Shown here piece by piece: positions 1 to 12,500 of a stretch of 64,000 bases of DNA. The stretch is from Somniosus microcephalus (Eukaryota). The first letter of the stretch is position 1, and each line of letters begins with the position of its first letter. Below the pieces are notes generated by a model, which ran no database searches, was not told the DNA's origin, and saw only the letters and a list, made by a program, of their open reading frames with translations. The stretch lies in NCBI GenBank assembly GCA_052327205.1, contig CM126226.1:24428001-24492000 (forward strand), written 5' to 3'. The position numbers and the translations under genes are program-made.

Positions 1-1409
1 AGCCAGTGGTAATGCAAGGCTACCAGGTCCAGCAGGCAGATGTCTGCAACCACCTGATGTGACAATCTCTGCTTTCGGAAGCACTGCTCCTCCGAGAGGT
101 CAAGGAAGTTGAGCTTGTCTGTAGGCCCAGTTAGGTTGGTAGTGTCTCCTGCGACCTCAACCCCTCTGTTGCTCCCTTCTCTGCTGGTCACCTGCAGCTC
201 CCTCCACAGCACGTCACTGCCGCTGCTGATGCTCGTCCTCTTCCTCAATGGAAGTTCAATCAAAAGCAGCCATGGCACCACTCATCCCGATGTTCTCTGT
301 GTGAACACCTCCAGGTTGTATAAATAAGTCTTTCACAACTACTCTCGCCAAACTGTTTCCCAGAGAGAACTGAGAAAGCGGCTGTGAACACTGAACCTTT
401 ATTCACATCTGGCCTCCTGACCTTCAAACAACCCGATAAAGTGCCACTCAATCTTGCCTCCGTTTCACTGACTAGTTTCTCAATCCACGGTTCTGGCATT
501 ATAGGAGCTTGATTTAAATATGTTAATGACGGATCCGCCTCTCCACGACGGGATACTCTGATATCCGCCACTGTAAAAATGGAAACGGGCGCGTGCGCGG
601 CGGATTAGGGTCACTTTACATGCATTTGACCATTTAACCCCATACGACCCTCTCCTGCCTGTCGTGGGGAGGTTAATGGCTGCAGGGAAATTTTCTTAAT
701 CATCTGTCATTCCTTTAGCAACAGGACTAGGTTAAACAAGATGTAACACATTCTGGAATGTTTAGGAATGCACTCCTGGTACTCCTCATGAAAGCTGTTC
801 CTTGCTAGCATTTGGCCTGTATCTGTAAACACAAGAGGGTGAGTGCTGCACCCTGACTGGTGTTCTGGTAGGCCTCAGTGAAACTTGAAGCCAGTGTTAG
901 AAGTAATAGTTAGATGGTCAAACATGCTTGGCCTCCCACCCATTATTACTCTTGAAGCATTTATCTTTTTTGTTACTGTTCCTCCAGACAGGCTTTTGAA
1001 GTATTATTTTATACCTTACAAATCACCTGATCAATCCAGGAGGATTGCCAAAACATCCTTGCCCCCTAAAGTTACAGGCAAACCTCCCAATTAACACTGT
1101 TTCAGACAGGCAACGGAGATTGATTCCAGGAGGTGGAGATGATGTCGGTGTGTACTGCTCTGCTTCCCCACTGTGTCAGTATCTGGAGAGTTTTGATTTT
1201 AACTTCAGAGCTGTGACTTGTTTGGGTGGGGTAAAGCATGCTTCAGATGCTTGGTGTGCAACCTATGTGAGGCTACTGTTGTTATGTCAACCAGGTGCTG
1301 GCAAAGGGTCAGAAATAGTGGATCAGATTTTGAATATTATCTTCTGGTTTAGTATCAGGGAGTACATGACTTTCTCTGACCTGGGCTATCTTCCATGGTG
1401 CCTCAATCC

Positions 1410-2945
1410 ATAACACATCTTCTCCATCCCTCCTCTTCCAGCATTCCGAACGGACCATTCCCTCCGTGACACCCTGGTCCACTCCTCCCAACACCCCTGG
1501 TCCACTCCTCCATCACCCCTGGTCCACTCCTCCATCACCCCTGGTCCACTCCTCCATCACCTCGGTCCACTCCTCCATCCCCCCCAGTCCACTCCTCCAT
1601 CCCCCCCGGTCCACTCCTCCATCCCCCCCGGTCCACTCCTCCATCTCCCCCGGTCCACTCCTCCATCCCCTCCGGTCCACCCCTCCATCCCCTCCGGTCC
1701 ACTCCTCCATCCCCTCCGGTCCACTCCTCCATCCCCTCCGGTCCACTCCTCCATCCCCTCCGGTCCACTCCTCCATCCCCTCCGGTCCACTCCTCCATCA
1801 CCCCCGGTCCACTCCTCCATCACCCCCGGTCCACTCCTCCATCCCCTCCGGTCCACTCCTCCATCACCCCCGGTCCACTCCTCCATCACCCCCGGTCCAC
1901 TCCTCCATCACCCCCGGTCCACTCCTCCATCACCCCATGTCCACTCCTCCATCACCCCATGTCCACTCCTCCATCACCCCATGTCCACTCCTCCATCACC
2001 CCATGTCCACTCCTCCATCACCCCCGGTCCACTCCTCCATCACCCCCGGTCCACTCCTCCATCACCCCTAACGCCTGCTCTTTTCCCGCCCGGCATCTTA
2101 CCATTGCAAGCGCAGAAGATGCTACACGTACCCTTTCACTTCTTCCCATACCACCGTCTAGGTCCTTAAACACTCCTTCCGGGTTTTACTTGTACTTCTT
2201 CCAACCTAGTATTCTGTAATCGCTGCTCACGATGCGGTCTCGCTCTACATCAGGTGACCAAACGCAGATTGAGTGGTCGCTTTGCTGAACACCTCTGTTC
2301 TATCCGCAAGTGCGACCCTGTCGTTGGCTTCCTACACTGTTCCAATGCAGCTTAATGCAAGCTCGAGAAACAGCATCTCATCTTTCTACTAAGCATTTTA
2401 CAGCCTTCTGGCCGTAACATTGACTAACAACTTCAGACTTTAACCACTGCTCCCATTTCCTCTCAGACAGCAGGTGCTGATAATGTAGGATGGTGCACTA
2501 GTGTTTTCGGGAATGGAAGAGGTTGCGGACTGGTGTCTGGGATGGAGCTCTTCTGTCGTTATGCGGCCAGCGGGGTGGTCTGCACCCCTGGTGTCACCTG
2601 CTTTTTTTCTTCCACCATGTTCCCGGGTCACTGGAGCCTGATTTTCCATGTTTCGCTCAGCCTCTGCTATTCTGCTGTAACCATTCACACATCCTCTGGG
2701 TTTTGGATACATCTTTTATTTCTCTAATTTCTCTCACTATTGCTTCCTTTTGTCTTCCACCATTATCACTTCTGTCATTCAATCATCTGCCCTCCATCTG
2801 CTCACAGACTATCCTTTTCTTTCTCCCCACCTGATTTTTCCCTGGCTCTGTTCCTCCATCTAAACTGTTCATCTTCTGGTTCTGATGAAAGGTCATCAAC
2901 CTGAAAGATTTCCAGCATCTACAGTATTTTGCTTTTTGTTTTATT
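1410..2945 (+). mobile_element. Decayed Penelope-like element (GIY-YIG end plus 3' tail), interrupted by a minisatellite
   Basis: 1410-1490 and 2070-2440 are colinear with the better-preserved element at 15750-16272 (cagcattccg..gacaccct, tgcaagcg.agaagatg, accaaacgcagatt, ctcgagaaacagcatctcatc). The tail ends in ctgatgaaaggtcatcaacctgaaa. Confidence 0.85.
1472..2068 (+). repeat. Minisatellite, 22-bp unit GGTCCACTCCTCCATCACCCCC, about 27 copies
   Basis: Directly visible tandem array; explains the repetitive ORFs on both strands. Confidence 0.97.
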
Positions 2946-2970
2946 GATTGACTGGATGGGGGTTAATTGT

Positions 2971-3273
2971 TAATGGGCCAGTAATTCCTGTCCCAACACG
3001 TGAGTACGGACGGGGTACTCACGCGTGGGCCCGGAGGAATTGCCGGTTTTCAGCATGCACAGCGCATTGGTTGCCCAGTGCTCACATGATCCCAGCCGGC
3101 TCATCGCACTAAGTACGCCGCTGGGTCACGCACGCACTGCGCAGCAGGACCTGAAGCGGGCCAGTGACAGGAAATGCAATGCGGGCCATAATTGAAATGT
3201 CAGCGCGCCGGGTAAGTGCACATCGGGGGCTTGCACGCGCGGCAAGCCCCCGAACCTAATTTCTGGGCCATTA
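2971..3273. mobile_element. Non-autonomous DNA transposon (Harbinger-like MITE), internally deleted copy
   Basis: Termini TAATGGGCC / GGGCCATTA; internal hairpins (cgtgagtac..gtactcacg; cgggggcttgc..gcaagcccccg); inverted homolog of 6400-7166. Confidence 0.75.
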
Positions 3274-5449
3274 TATTCAGCACCAGTTTGAAGTGAGATA
3301 AAATTGATTTCATTTTGGTACATTTGCTGGTATTTTTTTGAAAACTTCACAATTTTGGTACTCATCAAAGGTGAGGGGAGTGAAATAGTTTTCCATTATT
3401 TCAACCATGCAGAGTAAACCTTGCTATGGAGATCCAGATCAGGGACAGCACGGCTTTGATGTAGAGTAAATTTCAACCCACATTGCCCCTTCAAGCACTC
3501 CCAGGCATGGCATTGCACGGTCAGATGCAGAGTAAAGCTCCCTCTGCTCTATTCCAATAACGTACCTTAACTAACCTGTCCTTAGAAAAGTGCCCCTTCT
3601 GCATTTCCATTTCCCACACCAGTCATCTTGTGGCATCTCTACATCAATTTTGTGTTGTCTATCCATGCCCATTGGGTTGGGATTGCCTCAAAAACATTTC
3701 ATGTGGGACCTTTACAATCAAAATTGCTTGTTCTTGCACATCAGTGTAACATGTGTGGTATGCCTCCAGTGTGAATATTGGCTAGTATTGCAAGACCACC
3801 TTGAGGTAGTCTCACACCTCTTTGGTTTAGCATCAGTACAACTGCAGCCATTGCAAAGCAGTCCGTAAAAAGGAACTTCATTTTTCATGTTTTTAGTGCC
3901 TGTGAAAAGCTGACTCAATAATCTTAATTGGATGCATGTAAGACTTCCATTTCCCTCAGCCAGAGGATGGTTCAGTGGCAGTAGTATAACTTGGCTCTAC
4001 ATACCCCATGTTGCTCCAAGCATGTACCAGTCTCAAACTGGTACCAGCAGTATAAATGCACCTTAGTGAGTATAGCAGTGACAATGCAATGCATTAATAC
4101 TCACTATTCAGGAGAGAGATAATTGTGGTAAATTCTATTAATAGTATTTGATAAGGGAAAATGGGAATGATATCAAAGAGTTAATCCCTTTGCAAATCTG
4201 CATGTGACTTCTGACTCTTAGGCATGTCTCGTCACTGTGGCACTGGCTCCGCCCCAGCAACAGTGAAAACACAGGAACTTAACTCCTTGTGCCAGATTGG
4301 TTTGTTAGTACCAGGCCAGTGTGCGTGACTGGATTCATGGAAGGGATTTTTAAAGAAAAATTCTTCGCGGAGAAAGGGATAGAGGAGAAACACCAAGCAA
4401 GATTGTGTGCGTGTATGTGAAAGAGAGGGAGAGCGTGAGGTGGATTTTTAATTCTTTCAGTAGCACTATGAACTGCAGGCGTGAAGCCTGCAACAGGTAT
4501 GCGGCGAGTATTTGTTGTTTCTCGGGCTGTTGGTAGTGGTAGTTCAAATTACCAAGTAAGGGGTTCCACGGCGGAGTGGATCATATCTTGAATATCGTGG
4601 CTGTGCTGTAGACGTACATTACTACAGGTTCATTCAACCATGTCATGTGTCTAATGCAAAGCCACCTATCAGGAAAGACCTCAAGTTTAGTAAGGTAGGT
4701 TTTAAAATTAAAAGATGATTTCCTTTAATTTTTCTCTCACCTTTTTATTTTACTTCCTTTCCTTTCTCAGGAACACACTCCTGCAATTTACTATTGCTCA
4801 AGTGTCTCTATGAATAAGATATTAACCCTTTGAATGCAGCATTTTCTTTCTGGTTTACAGTAACAATTGCATTTTCAAGATATTCGATTTTTCTCTCCTC
4901 CCTCTCCTGAAGGCATAAGCTCATGGTCATGGTTCCATGGATACCAGTCACCCTCCATTACTTCCCACCCCAGTGACCATTCTTCATTTGTGAACCTAGA
5001 CAATGGATGATGACAGGCTATTCTCCTTTGGGATGCAGCATAGCTGAGTACAATCCTGTTCTCATCTGACCACCAAATATTTGCACTTTCCAGTAGAGTC
5101 GCTTGATAGCAAGCAGAAAAGAGAATATTAGCCAATTTCCCTTGCCTTGCCCAGGGATGCTGAGGCTGTGCCACTACCGCCCCACCCCAGCTGAAATAAG
5201 CTAATTTAGCACAGACTGGGGATCGAACCGTGGACCTTCCTGGACTGTATAGCTCAGTACGACACTAATCATTGCACTTACGAACTGACTATTTCTGCGC
5301 ATACCTAAAACAGTATGACAGATTGCTGTAGACTTTTATAGAAACAATCTGCCCCAATTGGCTTCAGTAACTGTCTGGTGCAGTATCAAGCCCTAAGTCT
5401 AGGAAGGTCCCAAGTTTAATGCTACACCTGGGCTGAGTTAGCTGATCTG

Positions 5450-6125
5450 ACCAGGGATGAGGGACTTCAGTTATGTGAAGAGACTAGAGCAGCTGGGATT
5501 GTTCTCCTTAGAGCAGAGAAGGTTAAGGGGCGATTTTAATAGAGGTGTTCAAAATTATGAGTGGTTTTGATAGGGTAAATAAGGAGAAACTGTTTCCACT
5601 AGTTGGAGGGCTGGTAACCAGAGGACACAGATTTAAAATAATTGGCAAAAGAACCAAAGGGGAGATGAGGAATTTTTTTTACACAGCGAGTTGTTATGAT
5701 CTAGAATGTACTCCCTGAAAAGGCGGTGGAACCAGATTCAGTAGTAACTTTCAAAAGGGAATTGGATATATACTTGAAAAGGAAAAAATTGCAGGGCTTT
5801 CGGGAAAGAGCAGGGGTGTGGGACTGTGGTAAACCACTGTTTGTATTCCACTGTGTACATGCCTGGACATGCCTTGGCTGACTCCTCCCACAAGTCCTAG
5901 TATAAAGGTGACTGCTCCCCAGCCCTTTGTATTTCTGGACCGGTCGACCACTCGAGGCAGACCTTCATTCTTTTGTTAATAAAAGCCTTTAGTTACTCTC
6001 TTAACTCTCAGTCTTTTATGAGTAATTGATAGCGCATCAGGGACTAATTGGGAGCTCTTTCAAAGAGCCGGCACAGGGACGATTGGCTGAATGGCCTCCT
6101 TCTGTACTGTATCATTCTATTCTAT
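5450..6125 (+). mobile_element. CR1 LINE 3' fragment containing a solo LTR
   Basis: [14 protein letters not shown]-type coding remnant and the 3' tail ggctgaatggcctccttctg..attctattcta. Confidence 0.9.
5825..6039 (+). mobile_element. Solo LTR (215 bp) with 5-bp target site duplication GGGAC
   Basis: TG...CA termini, TATAAA and AATAAA inside; GGGAC at 5820-5824 and 6040-6044. Confidence 0.88.
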
Positions 6126-6399
6126 CTCAGTTGGGGTGATAATCGCACAAATCAGTGGGAACAAAATCATATTTCCAGGGGCATGTAGTTATGATAACAA
6201 ACTTGCATCACCAAACGGTTTGAGTTGATCCTCCTGGCCTAAGAAAGTACCCACCAGGTCACCTTTTGTTTTCAGTTGCATGTCAAGGCATGGAGAGAGC
6301 TCTGCTAAATATCTCCACTTGCGAGGTGACAGCTCTACACATTACTGTGTTGCATGCCAGCTATCCCTCATCCTGTTAGTCTCCCTAATTCAGACACTC

Positions 6400-7166
6400 A
6401 ATGGCCCAGAACTTGGTGTCGGGGGCTTGCCGCCCGTGCAAGCCCCCGATGTGCACTTACCCGGCGCGCCGACATCTGAAACCTGGCCCGCAGTGGATTT
6501 CCTGTCAGTGGCCCGGTTCTGATGTCGGCGCGCTGTGCTAACCTGACCCAGCGGCGTAGTTAGTGCGATGTGCCGGCTGGGATCAGGTGAGCACTGTTCA
6601 GCCAATCGGGGGAGGGGAAACTTCATTCATAAGTTTGAGAGTAAGAACTGTCAAACTCATAAAAAGTACTGCACCCCAAAACACTACTTAAACTTTAAAT
6701 AAAATTTTAAAAAACATCCCAATCATTAAATTAAGTATAAATAAGTTTAAAAAAATAATTTAAACAATTTATTTTTTTGAAAAAAATAAATTTTTAATAA
6801 AAAGGGTCTAAAACTAAACTTACCTTATTGTAGATTCTTTAAAATAATAAACCTGTGGAAAAAAAAATTCTAAATTGCACTAAAACACCACTTACCTGTA
6901 AAAATAAATACTTACGTGTGCTTTTTACAAGCGTAAAGACCGGAGGCCTTTACACATGCGCAAATCCCCAAAACAGAGGAAATCCAAGACGCACGCGCTG
7001 CCCCCTACAGTGCACGCGCTAGCCTCTTCACCTCTTGGGTTAGAGGAGAGGAAATGCCGGTTTTCAGCGCATGCGCTGTGCATGCTGAAAACCGGCATTT
7101 CCTCGGCCAGACGCGTGAGTACCCCTTCCGTACTCACGCGTTTGGGGAGGAATTACTGCCCCATTA
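6400..7166. mobile_element. Harbinger-like MITE, longer copy with AT-rich core
   Basis: Termini AATGGCCC / GCCCCATTA; subterminal palindromes including gccggttttcagc..gctgaaaaccggc; inverted relative to 2971-3273. Confidence 0.75.
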
Positions 7167-9484
7167 TGTTTGACAGATAGGACATATTTTCTATTTTATT
7201 CTAAGATTAAAGCCACGCAAACAGAAGGTTTGATGGGATCAATGAGCTATGAGTTACAACACACAGGACTGACTTTTTCCTCAGTCTTTCTTTCCTCTTA
7301 CAATCTGCAAAATTTTAAAACAGAATCTCAGTACCATGTAATAGAGCTTGATTGATCTTCTCTTCTATTTGCTATTTCACCTAGGTTTGTTAAAAAATCT
7401 CATTGACAAGCTCCTCTGATGGCACAGCACTGCCAAATATGGTCCTGGGAAGGTCCGAGGAATTATTCCTGGTTTTTGCTTCAAGTTTGAATTCAAGCAG
7501 AGCAGCAGATCGGTGCTAAATAATCATCGGTGTTCCCGGGCCAGGAATTCTGGTCCTGATCGCTGATCCAGTGACCCCTGCTGAAAAGGACATTGGTTAA
7601 GGACAGGATGAGGCTTGGCTGTGAAGCTCCCCATTGCCAAATAGCTTGCTAAGATTCACTGTCTAGGCTCCCACATGACAAATGGGAAAGACACCAGAAG
7701 GTTGGCAGACCTAGTGGACTTTAGCCCAGCATCAGTCCGCATCTAGAAGTGAGGAGCAGAGCAAAGCAGAAAAATGCCAAAGTTTGCCAATGTTTTAGCT
7801 CATGAGAAATTACCTCAGAAAATGTGTGATGCTTTGCAACCGTTCTAATACAAGAAATGTTGTATGCCAGTCACATGACTAGTAAAAGAATATTCCAGTG
7901 TTGGAGGTTACATTCTAGATTTTGTACTACCTGAACTTTGAACTTATGGAGGGAACAGGAGAGGGATATGTATTAAGGAGGAGTGAAATATTTTCTTTAA
8001 TTTAAGGTTAACCTTCCGAATTCAGTGAGTATCCCACCATGCTCCATTCGGTATTCCGTGTATAAAACAGTGGAGGGCATAAAAGTCCTGTCTTCTAATT
8101 TTAGTTAAAAGAAAAAGTCGATCTAAGGTTAAGCGAGAACAGCACCTTTATATTCATAACAACATTTGTTATAATCTGTGGTAATAGTAACTTACTCCCG
8201 CGGATGTGCTTTGATACTTCCCATTAGTGAGCTGACTCCCGACTTGCTTTAGTTGGGTCTGCCTACCTTCTTGGAAATCCCTTGAATTCGAGAGATCATA
8301 AGTGCAGTTCTGGTATTGTAGAGTGGCCAAACATGGCAGAAGCTGGTCTGGATGATACAGTTCCAATTGTGTGCTATCAGTTAGATTTACGTGATGTGCT
8401 ATGGTGGGCGTGTGAAGTTTGTATACTGTGTCTATTTGTACTGTTAAATCTGTCCAAACTTGGCCTGTGTCCGAAGAGAACTGTAAAACACTTATCTCAT
8501 ATTTATATAGCATCTTATCACATTTCTCAAACATCCCAAAGCACTTCATATATAATCAATTACTCTGAAGTGCAATCACTCTTGTTATATCAGCAAACAT
8601 GGTAGGCAGTTTGCACACAGCAGAGGTGAAGTAGTGGCGATAACAGGCCAGTCACTATTAGTGGGAGTAATTTGAGCAGCTAACATATTGCACAATGTTA
8701 GTATGTATTGACTGTATCCTGCCTGTAATGACGCCAGTATGCCTAATGACAGTTTTGCGGTTTATAGTTTGCCGTGTGGCTTAGTGGATAAGTGCACCAC
8801 AAGGTGTAGTAATATGCCATACATACCAGAAGGTCCAAGTTTGATCGCTGAGTTAACTGATCTCAACCAGGACAGAGATTGCAGCACTACAATTGTTCTC
8901 AGAGCTCCAAGATTATGGGAAAAAATATCAGCCAGTCAGCCCCCAATCGGTAGCTAGTGATACCTTCTGGAAAGTGCACATATGTGGACATTAGGTGAGC
9001 ACAGGTTTGAGTCGGGCGATAATAACTTCCTACCTTCGAATAGCCTGCCAACACGCAACAGTTCAGGCTTACATGTGAAGAGTGGCCATTTGGGCAAAGT
9101 ACCAGAGCACTGTGAACACAATAAAAAAAAAGAAAGACTTTCATTTATATAGTGCTTTTCATTACCTCAGGACGTCCCAAAGTGTTTTACAGCCAGTGAA
9201 GTATCTTTGAAGTGTAATCACTCTTGCAATGTAGAAAACACAGCAGCCAATTTGAGCACAGCAAGGCCCCACAAACAGCAGTGTGATAATGACCAGAGAA
9301 TCTTTTTTTTTACTGATGTTGGTTGACAGATAAATATTAGCCAGGACATGTGGAACTGTACCCCAGTATAAGAACGTTGAATAAAAACAAACAATGGGTT
9401 TATTTCATGTAATAATATTAGTACAGGCCATAGTCTAACATTGAGTACCATCTTATGTGTTGCCTCCTTGGCTTGTGTTTCTAG

Positions 9485-9576
9485 GGGTCTTTCCACTGCC
9501 CTGTGCAACGAATCTAACAGCAGCTGTGAGACCGGCATCGAAGATTTATCCTGGAAAGAAAACATCCTGTATAACG
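9485..9576 (+). CDS. ARHGEF10L: ARHGEF10L N-terminal coding exon (92 nt, phase 2->1): [30 protein letters not shown]
   Basis: Acceptor ttgtgtttctag|G and donor AACG|gtacga; open frame. The phase-1 end fits the exon at 26469. The SWK motif weakly resembles the human N-terminal segment. Confidence 0.7.
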
Positions 9577-12500
9577 GTACGATGTCCTCAGTGTGTGCTT
9601 GTGTTAGTGTTCCATGCGCAGTGGTAATGTGAAAAGCAAACTTAGGACAGCTGCAGGAATTGTTTCTTTATGTAGATGGTGATAAACATCTGGATCAAGG
9701 CTGGTTGAGGCCAGAACAGTGGTCTTTTAATAAACTGCTAAGATTCTGTACTGAGAAGATGCTAGGGTTGTTTTTTTGAAAGGATGAGATCAAATGGGCT
9801 GAAAGACCTTCTTCACTGAACTAGCCTTGTACTCCTGTGCATCCCTCATCCTGTACCCCCATCAGCGACACAACTTTGGTGCTACTGCATTTCAGCTCCC
9901 TCATATATTATGCACTTCTGTTTTGTATTATGACTCAGTTTACGAGTGGAGCAGATGTTGTGGGTTTGTTAGAGTGGTAACCTGATTTATCTTTCTTCAG
10001 CAACTACCCTACACTGAACACAACCAGGCTCCATTTAATACCCAACTCTTTATAGTTCTTTGCATAACACATTTTTTTGGGGGGGGCGGGAGTGTTCTTT
10101 ACAGGATGACACCTGCAGCGAGATGCAGAATTTCTTCAGTACAACTGCGCAAATATTCACCAGACGATTAAGAGAAACAAGAAGTTACACCTTTCGCTGT
10201 GGCTCACTGGGAGCGAGTCCCACCTTTAATCTGTTCAGTAAGCGAATAGAATCTGTGGAGCTTGTTTTTTTTTGCCATAGCAAACTGTTTTCCAGTTTGC
10301 CCCCCTCCCTGTGAATGTGCTGAATCACAGCAGGGTATGGTGCTACTATCACTGGCAGCCCTCCAGTATCTTTCCCAACTGGCTGTTTTTGTGTGTTGCG
10401 AGCCCAGAAAGTGAGATTGATGGGCTGTTTGATCACACAGGACATCAGAGCTGAGCCCTGATCTGTACTGGTTGACTTTTATTCTTAAAAGCGGTTAATT
10501 GTAGCACCCTACTCCTACCCGGGCTGAGGACAGCTAACTCAGAACAGACTAGGAATCAAACTTGGGGCCTTGCTCATCCGAATGACTCACCTAGACTGGG
10601 ACATGCACGTGCCCACTCAGCTGTCAGGGATTTCCTGAATTAAGTAAAAAGTATTTTGAGCACTGAAAGGAATTCAACAGCTATAAATAAAGAAATGCAC
10701 ATTTTTTTTATTAAGTTAATTTGAAGAGCTCTGGTTACTGTTGTGATAGATAAAAGTTTAAGGACGAGGGTCTGCATTTTATCCTGGTCAGTTTACTTTT
10801 AAACTTGGCAACAACAGCCACATCCAGGATTCTTCTCCTGACGCTAATGTTGAAACCAGCAAGTTATCCGAAAAGGGACATTACCAGGTAACCAGGGACA
10901 TAGCAGCAGAATCTACTGGCTTGAAGCTGGCAAAAGGGATTTTTACCGGGGTTTTGTGGATCTCATTCAGTGATTCTTTCCGTCTCTGAAAATGGAAGAG
11001 CCAGGGGGCTTGTTAGTCTCTATAATCAGGCCCACTGGTTTACAGTGACGGAATAAGTTCAATTCTATTTTTATTACATGGGCTTTTTACCGGATCAAGG
11101 TTGGTGATTCCATCCGATTTACATGAAAACACAAAACTAGTGGCCTTGGCTGTGACTCTTTTTTTATTTAAAAAAAAGAGCTGTGGGATAGTTTGACAGC
11201 TCAGTTGGTAAATACGCAATGGAGAAAATAGAAGGGTAGGGAGAAAAAAAAAGAATGTGACAAAGTGTGATTAAAGACTTTCTTGGACCAGCCTCTGTGC
11301 TGGAAGTTGCTTTGCTCATCAGGTTTTGATTTCTAACCTCAGAGAGCTAAAATTGCTTCTGTAGAGCAAAATTCCCAAGTTACTTCCTCTCACTACTTCC
11401 CTATTGAGGGCACCAGAACAAAGTAGGGACATTTGTAAAGAAGTGCCCAACAATTCGAGATATAAGCTACGGAATGTAAAGCTTTCTTCCATTTCTATAA
11501 TCGAGGAGTTCTCGGGTCCAAAGAGCCCCTGGGTTGCAACCTGCTCTAATCAACATCTTGTGCAGTGGCCACTGGGGTAAGTTTGCGCTGTAGCAGAGGC
11601 TTGGCACAATGTGACCGGGCAAGGGTAAAACTTTCTTTACTTTGCAGAAGTGCACGTAAAATCTGACAGAACTGCAGCAGTGTCTACCAGATTACTCCGA
11701 ATGATCTGTCACAGATGTCTCCTCAGGAATGTATGGTGACAGGATGGTTTCTAAGTGCTCACGGTGTTGGTGAAAATACTGAGGAGAAAATTGAAGGTGT
11801 TTTTCCTCTGCTTTCTGGCCTCACTAGACCACAGACCTAATCCCAGGCTTCTGGCTGTGCTGCTGTTGGAGCAGGCACTATCAGGTGCACAAAAGAGGTG
11901 TGGTAACAAATGCCTTTCCGATTTAGTAGTTTATTTTTCATCTCCCTCCCAGTGGACAGCACCTGACCTCTGCTTGGATGGGACCAAAGACAAGTGGAAT
12001 GGAGGCAAAAAAAATTGAAAGGCTGTTTTTTTGCACTACTTAACAACTGGTTTCAGAACAGCACTAATACAGGTTTGGGAGCAACTTGACAGCCTTTAAT
12101 CTTGGTTGCAGCTGGTGTAAGGCATGAGGTGACCTGGGGAGTGGGGAAGGTTTGGATGGTCATGTTTAACCAACCTTATTGAATTCTTTGAAGTAACAGA
12201 AAAAGTTAACAAGGGCAATGCAGTGGATGTGGTATACATGGACTTTCTGAAGGCCTTCGATAAGGTGTCACATAGAGACCAATGACAATGGTCAGGGCAT
12301 GTGGAGTCAAGGGCCAAGAAGCAGAATGGATTGAAAGATGGTTACAAAACAAAAAACAGGATAGAAGTTAAGGGAAGATTCTCAGACTGGCACAGTCTCA
12401 CAGGGATCCGTGCTTGAACACTGTTGTTAAACGTATACATAAATACAGTAATTTGGACTCGGGAATTGGAGGTATGGTGCCAAAATTTTGCAAATCATAC

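Noticed and set aside
1106-1147. Possible small upstream ARHGEF10L exon (ttcag|ACAGG...GTCG|gtgtgt)
   Set aside because: Weak donors, no recognisable homology, and no convincing phase match to the next exon.
1466-2219. Pro/Ser/His-rich and Gly/Glu/Trp-rich repetitive ORFs on both strands
   Set aside because: Artefacts of the stop-free 22-bp minisatellite. The array is also not CRISPR-like, as it has no unique spacers.
3405-3600. Three degenerate copies of (g/t)agagtaaa..
   Set aside because: Looks like a decayed common shark satellite or SINE unit; too degenerate to define.
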